Assembly (NCBI GenBank): GCA_020854055.1
Contig: JADZGD010000011.1
Coordinates: 17,752-81,751 of the forward strand
Direction of reading: 5' to 3'
Origin: Bryobacterales bacterium
Lineage (GTDB): Bacteria; Acidobacteriota; Terriglobia; Bryobacterales; Bryobacteraceae
Length of the DNA stretch: 64,000 nt
In this document: positions 44,392 through 54,163 of the stretch, piece by piece
Layout of the letters: every line of letters begins with the position of its first letter
Numbering within the stretch: position 1 is the stretch's first letter
Position numbers and translations under genes: made by a program
The notes under the pieces: generated by a model
The model's input: the letters and a program-made list of their open reading frames with translations, nothing else
Told to the model about the DNA's origin: nothing
The model's database searches: none

Positions 44392-46518
44392 ATGAGAACC
44401 GTGTGCCTGGCGCTGGTGCTGTGCGGTTGCCTTCATGGCGATTTCTTTGTCTCCACGAAGGGTTCCGACTCCAATCCGGGCACGCGGCAGAAGCCGTTCC
44501 GGACGCTCGAACGCGCGCGTGACGCCCTGCGCGCGGCTGGTCCATCGAAAGCCGCGACCGTGTGGCTGCGCGGGGGGACTTACCGTCTCACCAAAACGTT
44601 TCAACTCGAAGCCGAAGATTCCGGCTCGGCTGGCCACCCGGTAGTTTATCGTGCCGTGGCCGGTGAAACAGTGCGCCTCACCGGAGGCCAGCCGGTTGCC
44701 GGATGGCGCCGCTGGAAGGGATCCATCAAACGAGCCGATCTACGCAAACAGGGCATCACCGATTTCGGCAAGATCGTCTCACGCGGCTTCAGCCGCCCCC
44801 TTCATCCGGCCGGACTGGAGTTGTTTGCCGGCGGTCGTCCCATGCCGCTGGCTCACTGGCCCAACCACGGCTGGGCATACATCGGCGCCGGGACGCCGCC
44901 GAAGTCCAAGGACCGCTTTGCCTACGACTCCAGCCGGCCCGAGCGCTGGAAGAACGCCCCCGACGTCTGGGTACACGGCTACTGGACCTACGATTGGGCC
45001 GACACCTACGAGCATGTCGCCTCCATCGACACCACGGCCAAGATGATCCTCACCGATGCCCCACACGTCGTCTATGGTTACAAGCCGGGCCAGCGCTGGA
45101 TGGCACTCAATCTACTGGAAGAACTCGACGAACCGGGCGAGTGGTATCTGGACCGCGCCACCGGCATGCTCTACTTCTGGCCGCCCGCCGGCGCGCGCGA
45201 GCCCTTTGTCTCGGTGCTCGATACACCGCTGATAGCGATGCGCCAAGCCTCCTACATCGAACTGCGCGATTTCAGCTTCGAGTATTCACGCGGCGATGGC
45301 ATCCACATCACTGGCGGCTCCGGGAACCTGATTGCCCGCTGCCGCATCATGAACCTGGGCAATCGCGGAATCGTCATCGAAGGCGGTTCAAACAGCGGCG
45401 TCGAAGACACCGAGATCGCCTACACCGGCGAGGGAGGACTCAGCCTCGCCGGTGGCGACCGGCGTACCCTCACCGCCGCCCGCCACTTCGCGCGGCGCAA
45501 TCGTATCCACCACTACGGGTACTGGTCACGCACCTACACGCCGGCCATCTATCTGCAAGGAGTAGGCCAACAGGTGAGCGGCAACACCATTGACCACGCT
45601 CCCCACAACGCGATCCTGCTCGGCGGCAATGAACACCGGGTCGAAGCCAACGACATCCACACCGTGGCGATGGAGACCGGCGACGTCGGCGCCTATTACC
45701 TGGGCCGTGATTGGACGGAGCGCGGCAACGCCGTCATCGGCAACTACTTCCACAACCTGGGCCACGGCGACGTCAATGCGGTCTACCTGGACGACTGCGC
45801 CAGCGGCACCATCATCCGCGGCAACGTAATCGAACGCGCGCACCGTGGCGTGATGATCGGCGGCGGGCGGGACAATCTCATCGAAGCCAATCGCTTTGTC
45901 GATTGCGACATCGCCATTCACATGGATGCCCGAGGCCTGGGCTGGGCGAAGTTCTGGTTCGACGGCCGTGACAACACGCTGTTCGACCGCCTGGACGCAA
46001 TGCCCTTCCGCCAGGAACCGTGGCGGTCGCGTTATCCGCAACTGCTCACGCTAACCCACGACGAGCCGGCGATGCCCAAGGGCAACACCGTTGATGACAA
46101 CTGGATCTGGGGTCCTGGGAAATTCGTTGCTTATTACGATCACCTGACACATTGGGACTTGCGCCAATCCGGCAATCACATCTCTCCGCAGACGGTAGCC
46201 GTTGACGCGGCCTGGGTGAAAGGCATGGGGTTGGCGATACAGACGGCGGTAATCGAAGCCCGGCTGGAAAAGACCGGCGCCACCGAAGCCGTACTCACCA
46301 TCACCAACCGCGGCCGGAGTTCAGAGTCCGGCGTCTACGACATCTGGGCGTATCCGGAAGAGGCAGCCACATTGGACGGGCCACGCGCCGTTCCATACAC
46401 CCTACATCCCGGTGAACAGAAGCAGGTGAAACTGGATATCGCTCACTCCCGGCCCGTCTGGCTGGGCGCCGAACCGCGCGGCGAAGGATACAATCCCGCA
46501 GGAATTCTGCTGAAGTAG
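44392..46518 (+). CDS. secreted right-handed parallel beta-helix repeat protein (pectate-lyase-fold)
   Basis: FFVSTKGSDSNPGTRQKPFRTLERARDAL is the typical N-terminus of this class. Repeated I/V-x-G-N-x-I coils (GGSGNLIARCRIMNLGNRGIVIEGG..., VSGNTIDHAPHNAILLGG...). Confidence 0.75.
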   Translation: MRTVCLALVLCGCLHGDFFVSTKGSDSNPGTRQKPFRTLERARDALRAAGPSKAATVWLRGGTYRLTKTFQLEAEDSGSAGHPVVYRAVAGETVRLTGGQPVAGWRRWKGSIKRADLRKQGITDFGKIVSRGFSRPLHPAGLELFAGGRPMPLAHWPNHGWAYIGAGTPPKSKDRFAYDSSRPERWKNAPDVWVHGYWTYDWADTYEHVASIDTTAKMILTDAPHVVYGYKPGQRWMALNLLEELDEPGEWYLDRATGMLYFWPPAGAREPFVSVLDTPLIAMRQASYIELRDFSFEYSRGDGIHITGGSGNLIARCRIMNLGNRGIVIEGGSNSGVEDTEIAYTGEGGLSLAGGDRRTLTAARHFARRNRIHHYGYWSRTYTPAIYLQGVGQQVSGNTIDHAPHNAILLGGNEHRVEANDIHTVAMETGDVGAYYLGRDWTERGNAVIGNYFHNLGHGDVNAVYLDDCASGTIIRGNVIERAHRGVMIGGGRDNLIEANRFVDCDIAIHMDARGLGWAKFWFDGRDNTLFDRLDAMPFRQEPWRSRYPQLLTLTHDEPAMPKGNTVDDNWIWGPGKFVAYYDHLTHWDLRQSGNHISPQTVAVDAAWVKGMGLAIQTAVIEARLEKTGATEAVLTITNRGRSSESGVYDIWAYPEEAATLDGPRAVPYTLHPGEQKQVKLDIAHSRPVWLGAEPRGEGYNPAGILLK

Positions 46519-46528
46519 GCAGTCCCCC

Positions 46529-47677
46529 CTATTGGGCCGGCCGGTCGAGGTGGAAGATTTTCTTCACTCGCGGCGCCAGGCCTTCGGCCATCCACCAGAA
46601 GCCAAGATCGTTGGGGTGCACACCGTCCACCACCCCATCCATACGGTCGAATCCCAACAGGTCGGTTCCTTCCACCACTTGAAGATACTGATCGCCCGCG
46701 GCGATATGCTTGCTCGCAATGCCGCGAATCAATTCGCGCTGGAGTTCGATCCGGGTCTTCTCCAGAGAGAGCGTTTCCCGTGCATTTCCAATCGGAGTGA
46801 TCACGAGAATCGGTGTCCCCGGATGCTTCTCACGCACCGTGTCGAGAAACGGCTCATAGTTCTGGCGCAGACTGGCCACCGTTGGATTGTTCTGCGCGAA
46901 GTCGAGCACGAACATCGACGCATCGATCTCGGCGACTGCCCGCGCCAGTTCCGGCTCACCCAATCCATTTCCTGAGAAGCCCAGGTTGACGTAATCCAGG
47001 TTCAACTGGCGCGCCAGAATAGCCTGATAATCCATCCCCGGACGGCTGGCACATCCGCCCTGTGTGATCGAAGTGCCGTAGAATACCATCGGCCGGGCAA
47101 CTGAAAACGGCGACGGTTTGTCAATCCGCGCCTCCCGATCGAGGCCGATCGCCAGCACCTTCACCGGTTTATAGAGCGAGAGGTAAAGCACCACCTCGCG
47201 CTCCTTGCGAGGCTGTTTGGTCAGATCCACATAGAGATGCTCCATCACCTTACCCGGCGCCGAGTCCTTTTGCGCAACGGCGGAGCCGCGATAGTAGCCA
47301 TCCAGGTACAGATCCACGCCGGTCTGCCCGAAGGCGTGCATGTTCTCCATGTCAGGCGGTGAGGGATACTCCAGCCGGATGGCAAAAATCGTCGAGTTGG
47401 TGCGAAAACGGATCCGGCCGCCGCTGGGAGATTGAGCGAGATTCCAAACCGGGGGGCGTACCTGATCCTTGATCCGCAGCGGAAGGCGAATCCAGGCGCC
47501 GCCATTCTCTTTGAACCACGGGAGGCCATCGACCTCGAAGCGGGCATCAACGGCGGGAATCCAATTGGTTTCGGACGGCGCAGCTACCCTGGACGGAGCA
47601 GCCGCGGCCGTGACGGCCAGCAAGGCAAAGATCCATGTTCGAAACATCGCGTTCATGGTATCAGGCTTCGAGGGCAC
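46529..47677 (-). CDS. secreted SGNH/GDSL-family hydrolase (esterase) with N-terminal beta-sandwich
   Basis: Block I VFYGTSITQGG, block III GFSGNG and block V DGVHPNDLG. The start may be the internal Met at 47656 or 47647 (MNAMFRTWIFALLAV signal). Confidence 0.8.
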   Translation of the reverse strand: MPSKPDTMNAMFRTWIFALLAVTAAAAPSRVAAPSETNWIPAVDARFEVDGLPWFKENGGAWIRLPLRIKDQVRPPVWNLAQSPSGGRIRFRTNSTIFAIRLEYPSPPDMENMHAFGQTGVDLYLDGYYRGSAVAQKDSAPGKVMEHLYVDLTKQPRKEREVVLYLSLYKPVKVLAIGLDREARIDKPSPFSVARPMVFYGTSITQGGCASRPGMDYQAILARQLNLDYVNLGFSGNGLGEPELARAVAEIDASMFVLDFAQNNPTVASLRQNYEPFLDTVREKHPGTPILVITPIGNARETLSLEKTRIELQRELIRGIASKHIAAGDQYLQVVEGTDLLGFDRMDGVVDGVHPNDLGFWWMAEGLAPRVKKIFHLDRPAQ

Positions 47678-47698
47678 ATCCGGCGCAGTCGGCGCGTT

Positions 47699-50056
47699 CT
47701 AGTTACCGCCCAGATAGCCGAGGCTGCGCAACTGCTCCAGCGTCTTGGAATCAATGGTGGCCTTGCCGCCGCTCTGAAGCGAACTGCGAATCTTGTCCTG
47801 AGCCTCGATCCAGCGGCCGATCTCGCGGCGGATCAACTCGGTCTGCTGCGGATTCCCGCTCGCGACGTCGCGCGTCTCTTTGGGATCGGCGCGGCGATCG
47901 TAAAGCTCCACTTCTTTCATGCGTACCCGTTTGGCCTGCCGCCGGAAGATCAGCTTCCAGTTGGCATCCATCATGGCGAACAGATCAGTGCCGTTTTCCC
48001 TAACGTGGCCCAGGTAGTGCGGCGAAGCGTAGCGCGATGTAACCACGGCCCCGCGGCGATGGAATGGCTGGCCGCGTACGAATCCGGCAAGGCTCTGTCC
48101 CTGCACCATCTCGGGCATCGGCAGACCCAGCAGATCCAGGATCGTGGGCATCACGTCGATCAACTGAACCGGCTCCGCCACCCTCTTCGGCGCGGGAATC
48201 AACTTCCGGTTGTACATCAGAAACACACCGTGGGCCAGTTCCGCGTAAAGCGACTGGCCATGCGCGGTCCATCCGTGCTCCCAGAATTCCTCGCCATGAT
48301 CGGAAACCACAATCAGCAGCGTGTTATCGAATATCCCCAACTGCTTCAGCTTGTCCACCAGCCGCTGCAAATTGAAATCGTTGAACAGGATCTCGCCATC
48401 GTACCGGTCGGCGGCCTGGCGAATGAAGCGGTCCGGGTCAAGTCCGGCTCTCTTGACCGCCGCGCGATCCACTACGGTGCCGCCGCCGTACTGGCGAACA
48501 TCGCGCATCTTCATGTATTCGCGGTCGAACTGCGACGACTCAGCCGGGTTGGCGAACTTCTCCTCAAACCCGGCCGGCGGACGATAAGGCGCATGCGGGT
48601 CGGTGGTGTGCGCATAAAGAAAGAACGGCTCGTTCTTGTGCAGTTCCAGCCAGGGAAACAGAATCCGGTTCACCGCCGCCGAGTCCGTTCCGCGGTCTTC
48701 TTTCTCATTCCGGTAGCGTTGGATGACCGACCACTCATCCAAAAAGTCGAAGCCGCGTTGGAGACCCGAAAGCCGTCCGGCGAATGGATTGGCGATCACA
48801 CCCGCGGTGACGTAACCGGCCTTTCGCAACTCCTCGGCCAGCGCCGGCGAACCGGCGGGAATCATGTCATAGTCGTTGATCAGTCCGTGCGTGTAGGAGT
48901 ACAGCGACGTCAGCAGCGAAGCGACCGATGGCTTGGTCCAGGGCGCCTGCACCTGGCAGTCGTCAAACACCATACCCTGGGCGCCCAACTGATCGAGAAA
49001 CGGAGTCGTCTTGCGCTGGTACCCATAAACCGATGCATGATCGGCGCGCAGGGTATCGATCAGATAGATGAGAACGTTCAGCTTGGGTTTGGGCGCGGCC
49101 CGGGTGAGCACGGGGTTGGTCCACAGCGCTACCGTGCCTTCGCGCGCGGACGAGGTGACAAAGTCGATGCGCAGGTTCCGGCCGGCGTAAGCGCTCAGGT
49201 CGATATCGGCATCGCTCCAGGCGAAAGCATCCGATACCGTCTTACTCATCAGCTCGGTGGAGCCGTTGGCCAGTACGCGGAAGGTGACCGGTGCGGTCGA
49301 CTCGGTAATGCCCATGCCCACGGTAAGATGCGCGTCTTTAGGAATCGCTTTTTCGTAAGTGATGGTCGCCGGAGAATGGACGTAGACGCAATTGCGGAAT
49401 TCGTCACGCTTGCCGATAAAGTCGCGTCCGGCCAGCTTGGGAAAATCGGCCTTACGCGGCACCAGCCGGATGGACCGGATCGCCACCAGGTCGAACAGAC
49501 CGTCGGTCGGCATGATCGCCAGGGGACGGGGCCCGGGATCCGGAATGGCGACGGCGAAGCGGTAGGTTTCGTACTTGTGGAGGGCGGGAATGCGCTGGCG
49601 GTACTCGTCGTTGCCGATCTTGATCTTGGTCTCGCGTCCTCCTTCGGCGAGCATAACCATCTCCACCGCTTCATACCGTGTCCAGTCGATTACCGGCTTC
49701 GGCGGAGCCAGGATAACGGCGGTGCTGCCCTCTCCTTTGACGATCAGATCCCCGCCGCGGAATCCGATCCGGCCGCGCAGCAGCCCCCACGTAATGGATT
49801 CTTCATTGACGAAGTTATGCCAGACAACGCTCTCCGCCATCATCGCCGGCGAGGACTTCGAATCGGCGCGGACCTTGCCGTCGCTCTCCAGATGATCGTC
49901 GAAGCGGTAAAGCTGAAACGTGGAGGAAGAAGAAGAGCCAGCCGGGGAGGAAACGGCCGGCTGTCTCTGGCAGCCGGCCGTGATCAGTACTACCGAAGTT
50001 ATCGCCGATCCGAGAAGAAGCCGTTTCAGGCTGCAGACTACGGGGCTTCCTCTCAA
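47699..50056 (-). CDS. lipoprotein with an N-terminal domain of unknown function and a sulfatase-fold (alkaline-phosphatase superfamily) domain carrying Thr at the nucleophile position
   Basis: TTG start with AAGGAG upstream. Lipobox VVLITAGCQ. Metal motif VLIYLIDTLRADH. The nucleophile segment W-T-K-P-S-V-ASLLTSLY (T374 at 48935..48937) sits where sulfatases have C/S-x-P-x-R. VVSDHGEEFWEHG is also present. Confidence 0.85.
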   Translation of the reverse strand: MRGSPVVCSLKRLLLGSAITSVVLITAGCQRQPAVSSPAGSSSSSTFQLYRFDDHLESDGKVRADSKSSPAMMAESVVWHNFVNEESITWGLLRGRIGFRGGDLIVKGEGSTAVILAPPKPVIDWTRYEAVEMVMLAEGGRETKIKIGNDEYRQRIPALHKYETYRFAVAIPDPGPRPLAIMPTDGLFDLVAIRSIRLVPRKADFPKLAGRDFIGKRDEFRNCVYVHSPATITYEKAIPKDAHLTVGMGITESTAPVTFRVLANGSTELMSKTVSDAFAWSDADIDLSAYAGRNLRIDFVTSSAREGTVALWTNPVLTRAAPKPKLNVLIYLIDTLRADHASVYGYQRKTTPFLDQLGAQGMVFDDCQVQAPWTKPSVASLLTSLYSYTHGLINDYDMIPAGSPALAEELRKAGYVTAGVIANPFAGRLSGLQRGFDFLDEWSVIQRYRNEKEDRGTDSAAVNRILFPWLELHKNEPFFLYAHTTDPHAPYRPPAGFEEKFANPAESSQFDREYMKMRDVRQYGGGTVVDRAAVKRAGLDPDRFIRQAADRYDGEILFNDFNLQRLVDKLKQLGIFDNTLLIVVSDHGEEFWEHGWTAHGQSLYAELAHGVFLMYNRKLIPAPKRVAEPVQLIDVMPTILDLLGLPMPEMVQGQSLAGFVRGQPFHRRGAVVTSRYASPHYLGHVRENGTDLFAMMDANWKLIFRRQAKRVRMKEVELYDRRADPKETRDVASGNPQQTELIRREIGRWIEAQDKIRSSLQSGGKATIDSKTLEQLRSLGYLGGN

Positions 50057-53000
50057 TCGACTCCTTTCTCTACCACTCTACCCTACCCGTAAGCTGAATG
50101 ATGCGGGGATCATTCCTCTGCGAGCTCATGTTGATCAGCCCGGTGGTCGTGTTGGGATTGTTATCGTTCGGGTGATTGAAGGCGTTAAAGAAATCACCCG
50201 TGAAGCGGAGCTTGATCCGCTCGGTGATGCTGAAGTATTTGAACACCGAAAGATCCTGGCTCCAGGAGCGCGGACCCAGCAGGAAGTTCTTCGGGTTCCA
50301 CGTGAAGTTGTCGGTGATGGAAGCGTTGACAACGGAACCGTTGGCGAGTTTGACCTGCACCTGATTATTGTAGGTGGTGCCATTGGACGTCACCGGGTGG
50401 ATGGCGCGTTGTCCGCGGTTCACCGGCACCAGTGCCTGAAGTTTGCTCTGGTCGGCGCCCGTGGCCAGCGTCGGGTCGAAGTCGCCCTTGAAATAAAGCA
50501 CCGAATCGACTCCGCCATACTTGAACCGCATCCGCTGGTCGGAGCTGAGGTTCGGGTCGGACCAGACATAATTGGCCAGGTTCAGCCAGTTGCCGCTCTG
50601 CCAGTAGCCAATGAAAGCGATCTGCCAGCCCCCGATAATCTGGTTAACGGCCTTGCTTACGCCATCGCCCCACTTCTTGCCTCTACCGAAGGGCAGATCG
50701 TAGATGCCGTTCCACTTGATCTGGTGCGGAGGAATGGCCGACGAATTATAATACACCTGCCGCAACCGCTGATTCATGCTAAGCGAAGGCTCACCCAGGA
50801 TCGTTTTATTTTCCGGAACCGTGGCGCCGTCGGAGCCCGATCCAAATCCATTGGCATCGCTGGTTGTAAGCGCGTGATTGTAGACGTAGAAGGCCTGGAA
50901 ACTCAACCCCTGCGCAAAGCGCCGCTGCACTTCGACCTGCGCCGAGTTCGAGTTGGAGAAGCCGATATGCGAGGTGAGGGTGGCGCTCCAGTTCGGATTG
51001 AAACGCCGCAGGTCGTTGCCCGCCGCGCCGGCCTTGATGTTCTGGCCCGTCCGGTTCATATAATTCCAGGCAGACTCTACCGTGTTCCATCCAACAAGTT
51101 GTTCGAGGTTGCTGCCGTGCGTGCCGATGTAGCTCAGCCGCAGGGAGGTCTCTTTCATGATCTCCCGCTCGATGTTGAACGTCCACTGCTGCATACGGTC
51201 ATCGGCCCAGTTATTCGGATCCATCAGCACCATCGGTCTTGAAGTGGATGGAATGCCGACGATACCGGTGGTGTCCACCGTCAGGTTCGGCATGAAGTCA
51301 CTCGCCGAAGGCGCGTTGAGCAGCGAATAGTTCGGAACGTCTCCATTCCGGTCCACCGGATTATTGGAAAATACGAGGTTAAGCGGCGGATTCTTCCTGT
51401 TCGCCTGAAGAATCTGCGATAGAGGCATCGGCCAGTAATACATGCCATAGCCTGCGCGGATGACGGTCTTCTCATTCAAGCGATAGGCCAGGCTGAGCCG
51501 TGGACCGAAATCCTTCCAGTAGTCCTTAAATAGCGAACTGGGGAAACCCGCCTGGTTCGCGGTAGTCCAGCTTAAGCCGCGCAGTTTCCAGCTATTGAGC
51601 ACACCGGACGGCACCCCTGGCATCTGATCGATCGAGGTTGAGTTAGGAGTAATCACCTGGAACGCCGTGGCGTTGGTCATATCAATACTCACAAGGCGGT
51701 CGTACTTCTCCTTGTAAGGCGTCCAGTGATCCCAGCGAAGTCCCAATCCCAAGGTTAGTTTCGGCGTAACCTTCCAGGTGTCGTTGAAATAGAGACCCAG
51801 CTCCTTCTGTTGGAAGTAGAAGTAACCGCGGTTGTATTGATTATTTAGGCTGCTGGGAAGACCTAGTAACATCTCGGCGAAACCCGAACCTGTGTACGAG
51901 GTCGATGACTGTACGGAGGGATCATAGAGAGCCGTCCAGTTACTGTAAAAGCTGTGGCTTCCCTGAGCCTGCTGCAGTTCGCGAATGTTGTTACGCTCCA
52001 AGCGGCCCTTGAAGCCCATCTGGAGGTTATGCTTCCCTTTGACCCAGGTGACGTTGTCTTCAATATTGAAAGACGTCAACATCTGGTTCTTGCGGTTGTC
52101 CCCATCCCAGCAGCCGCCGTAGAAGAATTGGCCGGCATCGGTGCAAATGGTGGGCCACCCGGTTATTCCGAACGGGTTCGGAAATCCGAGTTTGGTGGCC
52201 CAGGGTACATCGTCTCCCAGCGTACCCGAACCGCCCGCGTTGCGGCTGAAGGTAAGCAGTAACTCATTGATCAGGGTGGGCTTGAAGACGTGCGTTTCAC
52301 GGGCCGTGACCGAATAATTGATGTAGTTCTGCCGCGACGATCCGCCGCAATCGGTGCAGCCGACGGCCGGATAACCGAAGACGTTTCCGTACTGCGCCGT
52401 AAACCGCGGCGATTGGGTATAGCGCGCGGAGAACGTGTCCTTATCCGAGAACGTGTGATCACCCTTAAAGGTGATCGAGTGGGTGTTGGTGATCGCCGGA
52501 TAATAGGTCCGGAAATTATGAGTTATCCAAGGATTCTGATCCAGGTTGTAGTTGGGAACCGGCGAGATGCTCTGCATCACCTTGGCAACGTTGTTGATCC
52601 GCCCGCTCGGAATCGTGTTCCCCGGAAACGGGGAGCGCGCGCCGTCCACGCCGGTGGTCAGCGGATCGTAAATCGTGTACGTGTCGCTGCTGGAATCGGT
52701 CATGTTGCTCAGATTGCCGTTCCACATTGCAGGGCTGAATGCGCTCGTTTCGGCATACGCATTCTGGCGCTGCTTGAGATACTCGAGGTCCATGAACCAG
52801 AACGTCCGGTTTTTCCCGTTATAGATTTTAGGTATCAGCACCGGTCCGCCGGCGAAAAACCCAAATTCATTGCGGATCAGTTTCGCCGCGCTGCCACTGG
52901 CGTCCTGCCGGGCGCGCGACCGCAAGCCAGCCGCGTTGCTACGAAACGTTTCGAACGCTGCACCGTGAAAGTCGTTCGTCCCACTGCGGGTAACCAGCGC

Positions 53001-53900
53001 GACCGTCGCCGGCCGTGAAAACTGGGCGCCGGAGCCAGCCGTCTCGATGCGAAATTCCTGAACCGTGTCCAGGCCGGGTTGCACGCGCGACATGCCGCCG
53101 CCAAACCGGTCCACCAGCGATGCGCCATCGAGCAGCATCTCGGTGGCGCCCACCTTCATGCCGTTAGTGCGGGGATTGCCGCCTCCCACCACGCCCGGCG
53201 TCAGGTCGAACAGTGTGGTCACCTGCCGTCCGTTCAGTGGCAGGTTATGAATGCGAAGCGCGTCCTTGACGTCGCCCACCTGCGCGCCCTCCGTCGTGAT
53301 TACCGGGGCCGCGCCCGTTACCTCCACCGTGTTTTCCACGCTGCCGACTTCAAGCACCGGATCGATGCTGAGGGTCTGTCCGGCGGCCAGTGTGAATTCG
53401 CTCTCCCACTTCTTGAAGCCGGTCGCAGATACCGTCATCCTGTACGGCCCGACGACGACACCCGGAATCACGTAGATGCCCGCTTCGTTGGACTGCGTGT
53501 TACGCACAGTTCCGGTCTCGGTACTGGTGATGGTGACCTGTGCTCGTGGCATTACCGCTCTGCTGGCGTCATGCACAGTGCCGCGGATCACCCCAAGTCC
53601 GGTCTGTGCAAGGAGAGGAACGCTAGTAAGCGTTAGAAACATTACTATGTTTCTTGCTGCTGGAAAAAAACTCGTTGATTTCATCGCGGTCGGTTCCCTT
53701 CTGCAAGTGAGAATTGGGCTAATTATGAGCGACAATTCGCATCTTGTCAAGACACTGCAGCAGTGTGCGGACCGAAATTTGAAGTGAAAACGCCATCACA
53801 GAGCAGACCGAACCTCCTGGCATGGCTCGGAGTGCCCAGTTCCTTGCAAGAGCCTAGAAAGTCTCATTGCGAAACAATTAATTAGTTAGATACATTACAA
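49895..53900. repeat. tandem segmental duplication, unit 1 (5' end of lipoprotein gene + TBDR-A + upstream region)
   Basis: Aligns by eye with 54000..58005 at a constant offset of about 4107 bp. Examples: stop codons at 50070 and 54177, start codons at 53684 and 57791, and the cattac motif near 53893 and 58000. Confidence 0.8.
50070..53684 (-). CDS. TonB-dependent receptor with carboxypeptidase-regulatory-like N-terminal domain (paralog A)
   Basis: Signal ...LTSVPLLAQTG. GVIRGTVHDASRAVMPRAQVTITSTETG (CarboxypepD_reg-like). Plug region LPLNGRQVTTLFDLTPGV. C-terminal beta-barrel ending ...IIQLTGRVEW (terminal aromatic residue). Confidence 0.9.
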   Translation of the reverse strand: MKSTSFFPAARNIVMFLTLTSVPLLAQTGLGVIRGTVHDASRAVMPRAQVTITSTETGTVRNTQSNEAGIYVIPGVVVGPYRMTVSATGFKKWESEFTLAAGQTLSIDPVLEVGSVENTVEVTGAAPVITTEGAQVGDVKDALRIHNLPLNGRQVTTLFDLTPGVVGGGNPRTNGMKVGATEMLLDGASLVDRFGGGMSRVQPGLDTVQEFRIETAGSGAQFSRPATVALVTRSGTNDFHGAAFETFRSNAAGLRSRARQDASGSAAKLIRNEFGFFAGGPVLIPKIYNGKNRTFWFMDLEYLKQRQNAYAETSAFSPAMWNGNLSNMTDSSSDTYTIYDPLTTGVDGARSPFPGNTIPSGRINNVAKVMQSISPVPNYNLDQNPWITHNFRTYYPAITNTHSITFKGDHTFSDKDTFSARYTQSPRFTAQYGNVFGYPAVGCTDCGGSSRQNYINYSVTARETHVFKPTLINELLLTFSRNAGGSGTLGDDVPWATKLGFPNPFGITGWPTICTDAGQFFYGGCWDGDNRKNQMLTSFNIEDNVTWVKGKHNLQMGFKGRLERNNIRELQQAQGSHSFYSNWTALYDPSVQSSTSYTGSGFAEMLLGLPSSLNNQYNRGYFYFQQKELGLYFNDTWKVTPKLTLGLGLRWDHWTPYKEKYDRLVSIDMTNATAFQVITPNSTSIDQMPGVPSGVLNSWKLRGLSWTTANQAGFPSSLFKDYWKDFGPRLSLAYRLNEKTVIRAGYGMYYWPMPLSQILQANRKNPPLNLVFSNNPVDRNGDVPNYSLLNAPSASDFMPNLTVDTTGIVGIPSTSRPMVLMDPNNWADDRMQQWTFNIEREIMKETSLRLSYIGTHGSNLEQLVGWNTVESAWNYMNRTGQNIKAGAAGNDLRRFNPNWSATLTSHIGFSNSNSAQVEVQRRFAQGLSFQAFYVYNHALTTSDANGFGSGSDGATVPENKTILGEPSLSMNQRLRQVYYNSSAIPPHQIKWNGIYDLPFGRGKKWGDGVSKAVNQIIGGWQIAFIGYWQSGNWLNLANYVWSDPNLSSDQRMRFKYGGVDSVLYFKGDFDPTLATGADQSKLQALVPVNRGQRAIHPVTSNGTTYNNQVQVKLANGSVVNASITDNFTWNPKNFLLGPRSWSQDLSVFKYFSITERIKLRFTGDFFNAFNHPNDNNPNTTTGLINMSSQRNDPRIIQLTGRVEW

Positions 53901-53998
53901 TACGAACTGTTTACTTTCACTGCGGCCGGTTTTCAAGATTTTGTTCTCTGCAAGAGCATAAAGCCGGCCAGTGGAGTAACCCTGCGCGGTGGCTAATC

Positions 53999-54163
53999 TC
54001 ACACAGGGCGGCCCGGACGATCATCGAACGTTGAGGGAAACAGGAACGCTGAGGAAGGTACGGCCGGTTGCTCTTGGCAACCGGCCGTAATTCGTACTAC
54101 CGAAAACAGCACCGATTCGAGAAGAAGCCGTTTTGGACCGCAGCCCGCGGGACCATCTCTCGA
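53999..54163 (-). pseudogene. relic 5' fragment of the sulfatase-fold lipoprotein gene, left by tandem duplication
   Basis: In the frame homologous to 47699..50056 my translation reads SRDGPAGCGPKRLLLESVLFSVVRITAGCQEQPAVPSSAFLFPSTFDDRPGRPV*. The intact gene reads MRGSPVVCSLKRLLLGSAITSVVLITAGCQRQPAVSS...STFQLYRFDD. The TTG start is replaced by TCG, and the frame stops after 54 codons. Confidence 0.55.

Noticed and set aside
47432-50092. 886-aa plus-strand ORF
   Set aside because: It is antisense to the sulfatase-fold lipoprotein gene (motif-supported) and to the 5' end of the SGNH hydrolase gene. The composition is Arg/Gly/His-rich with no recognisable motifs, which is typical of a high-GC shadow ORF.
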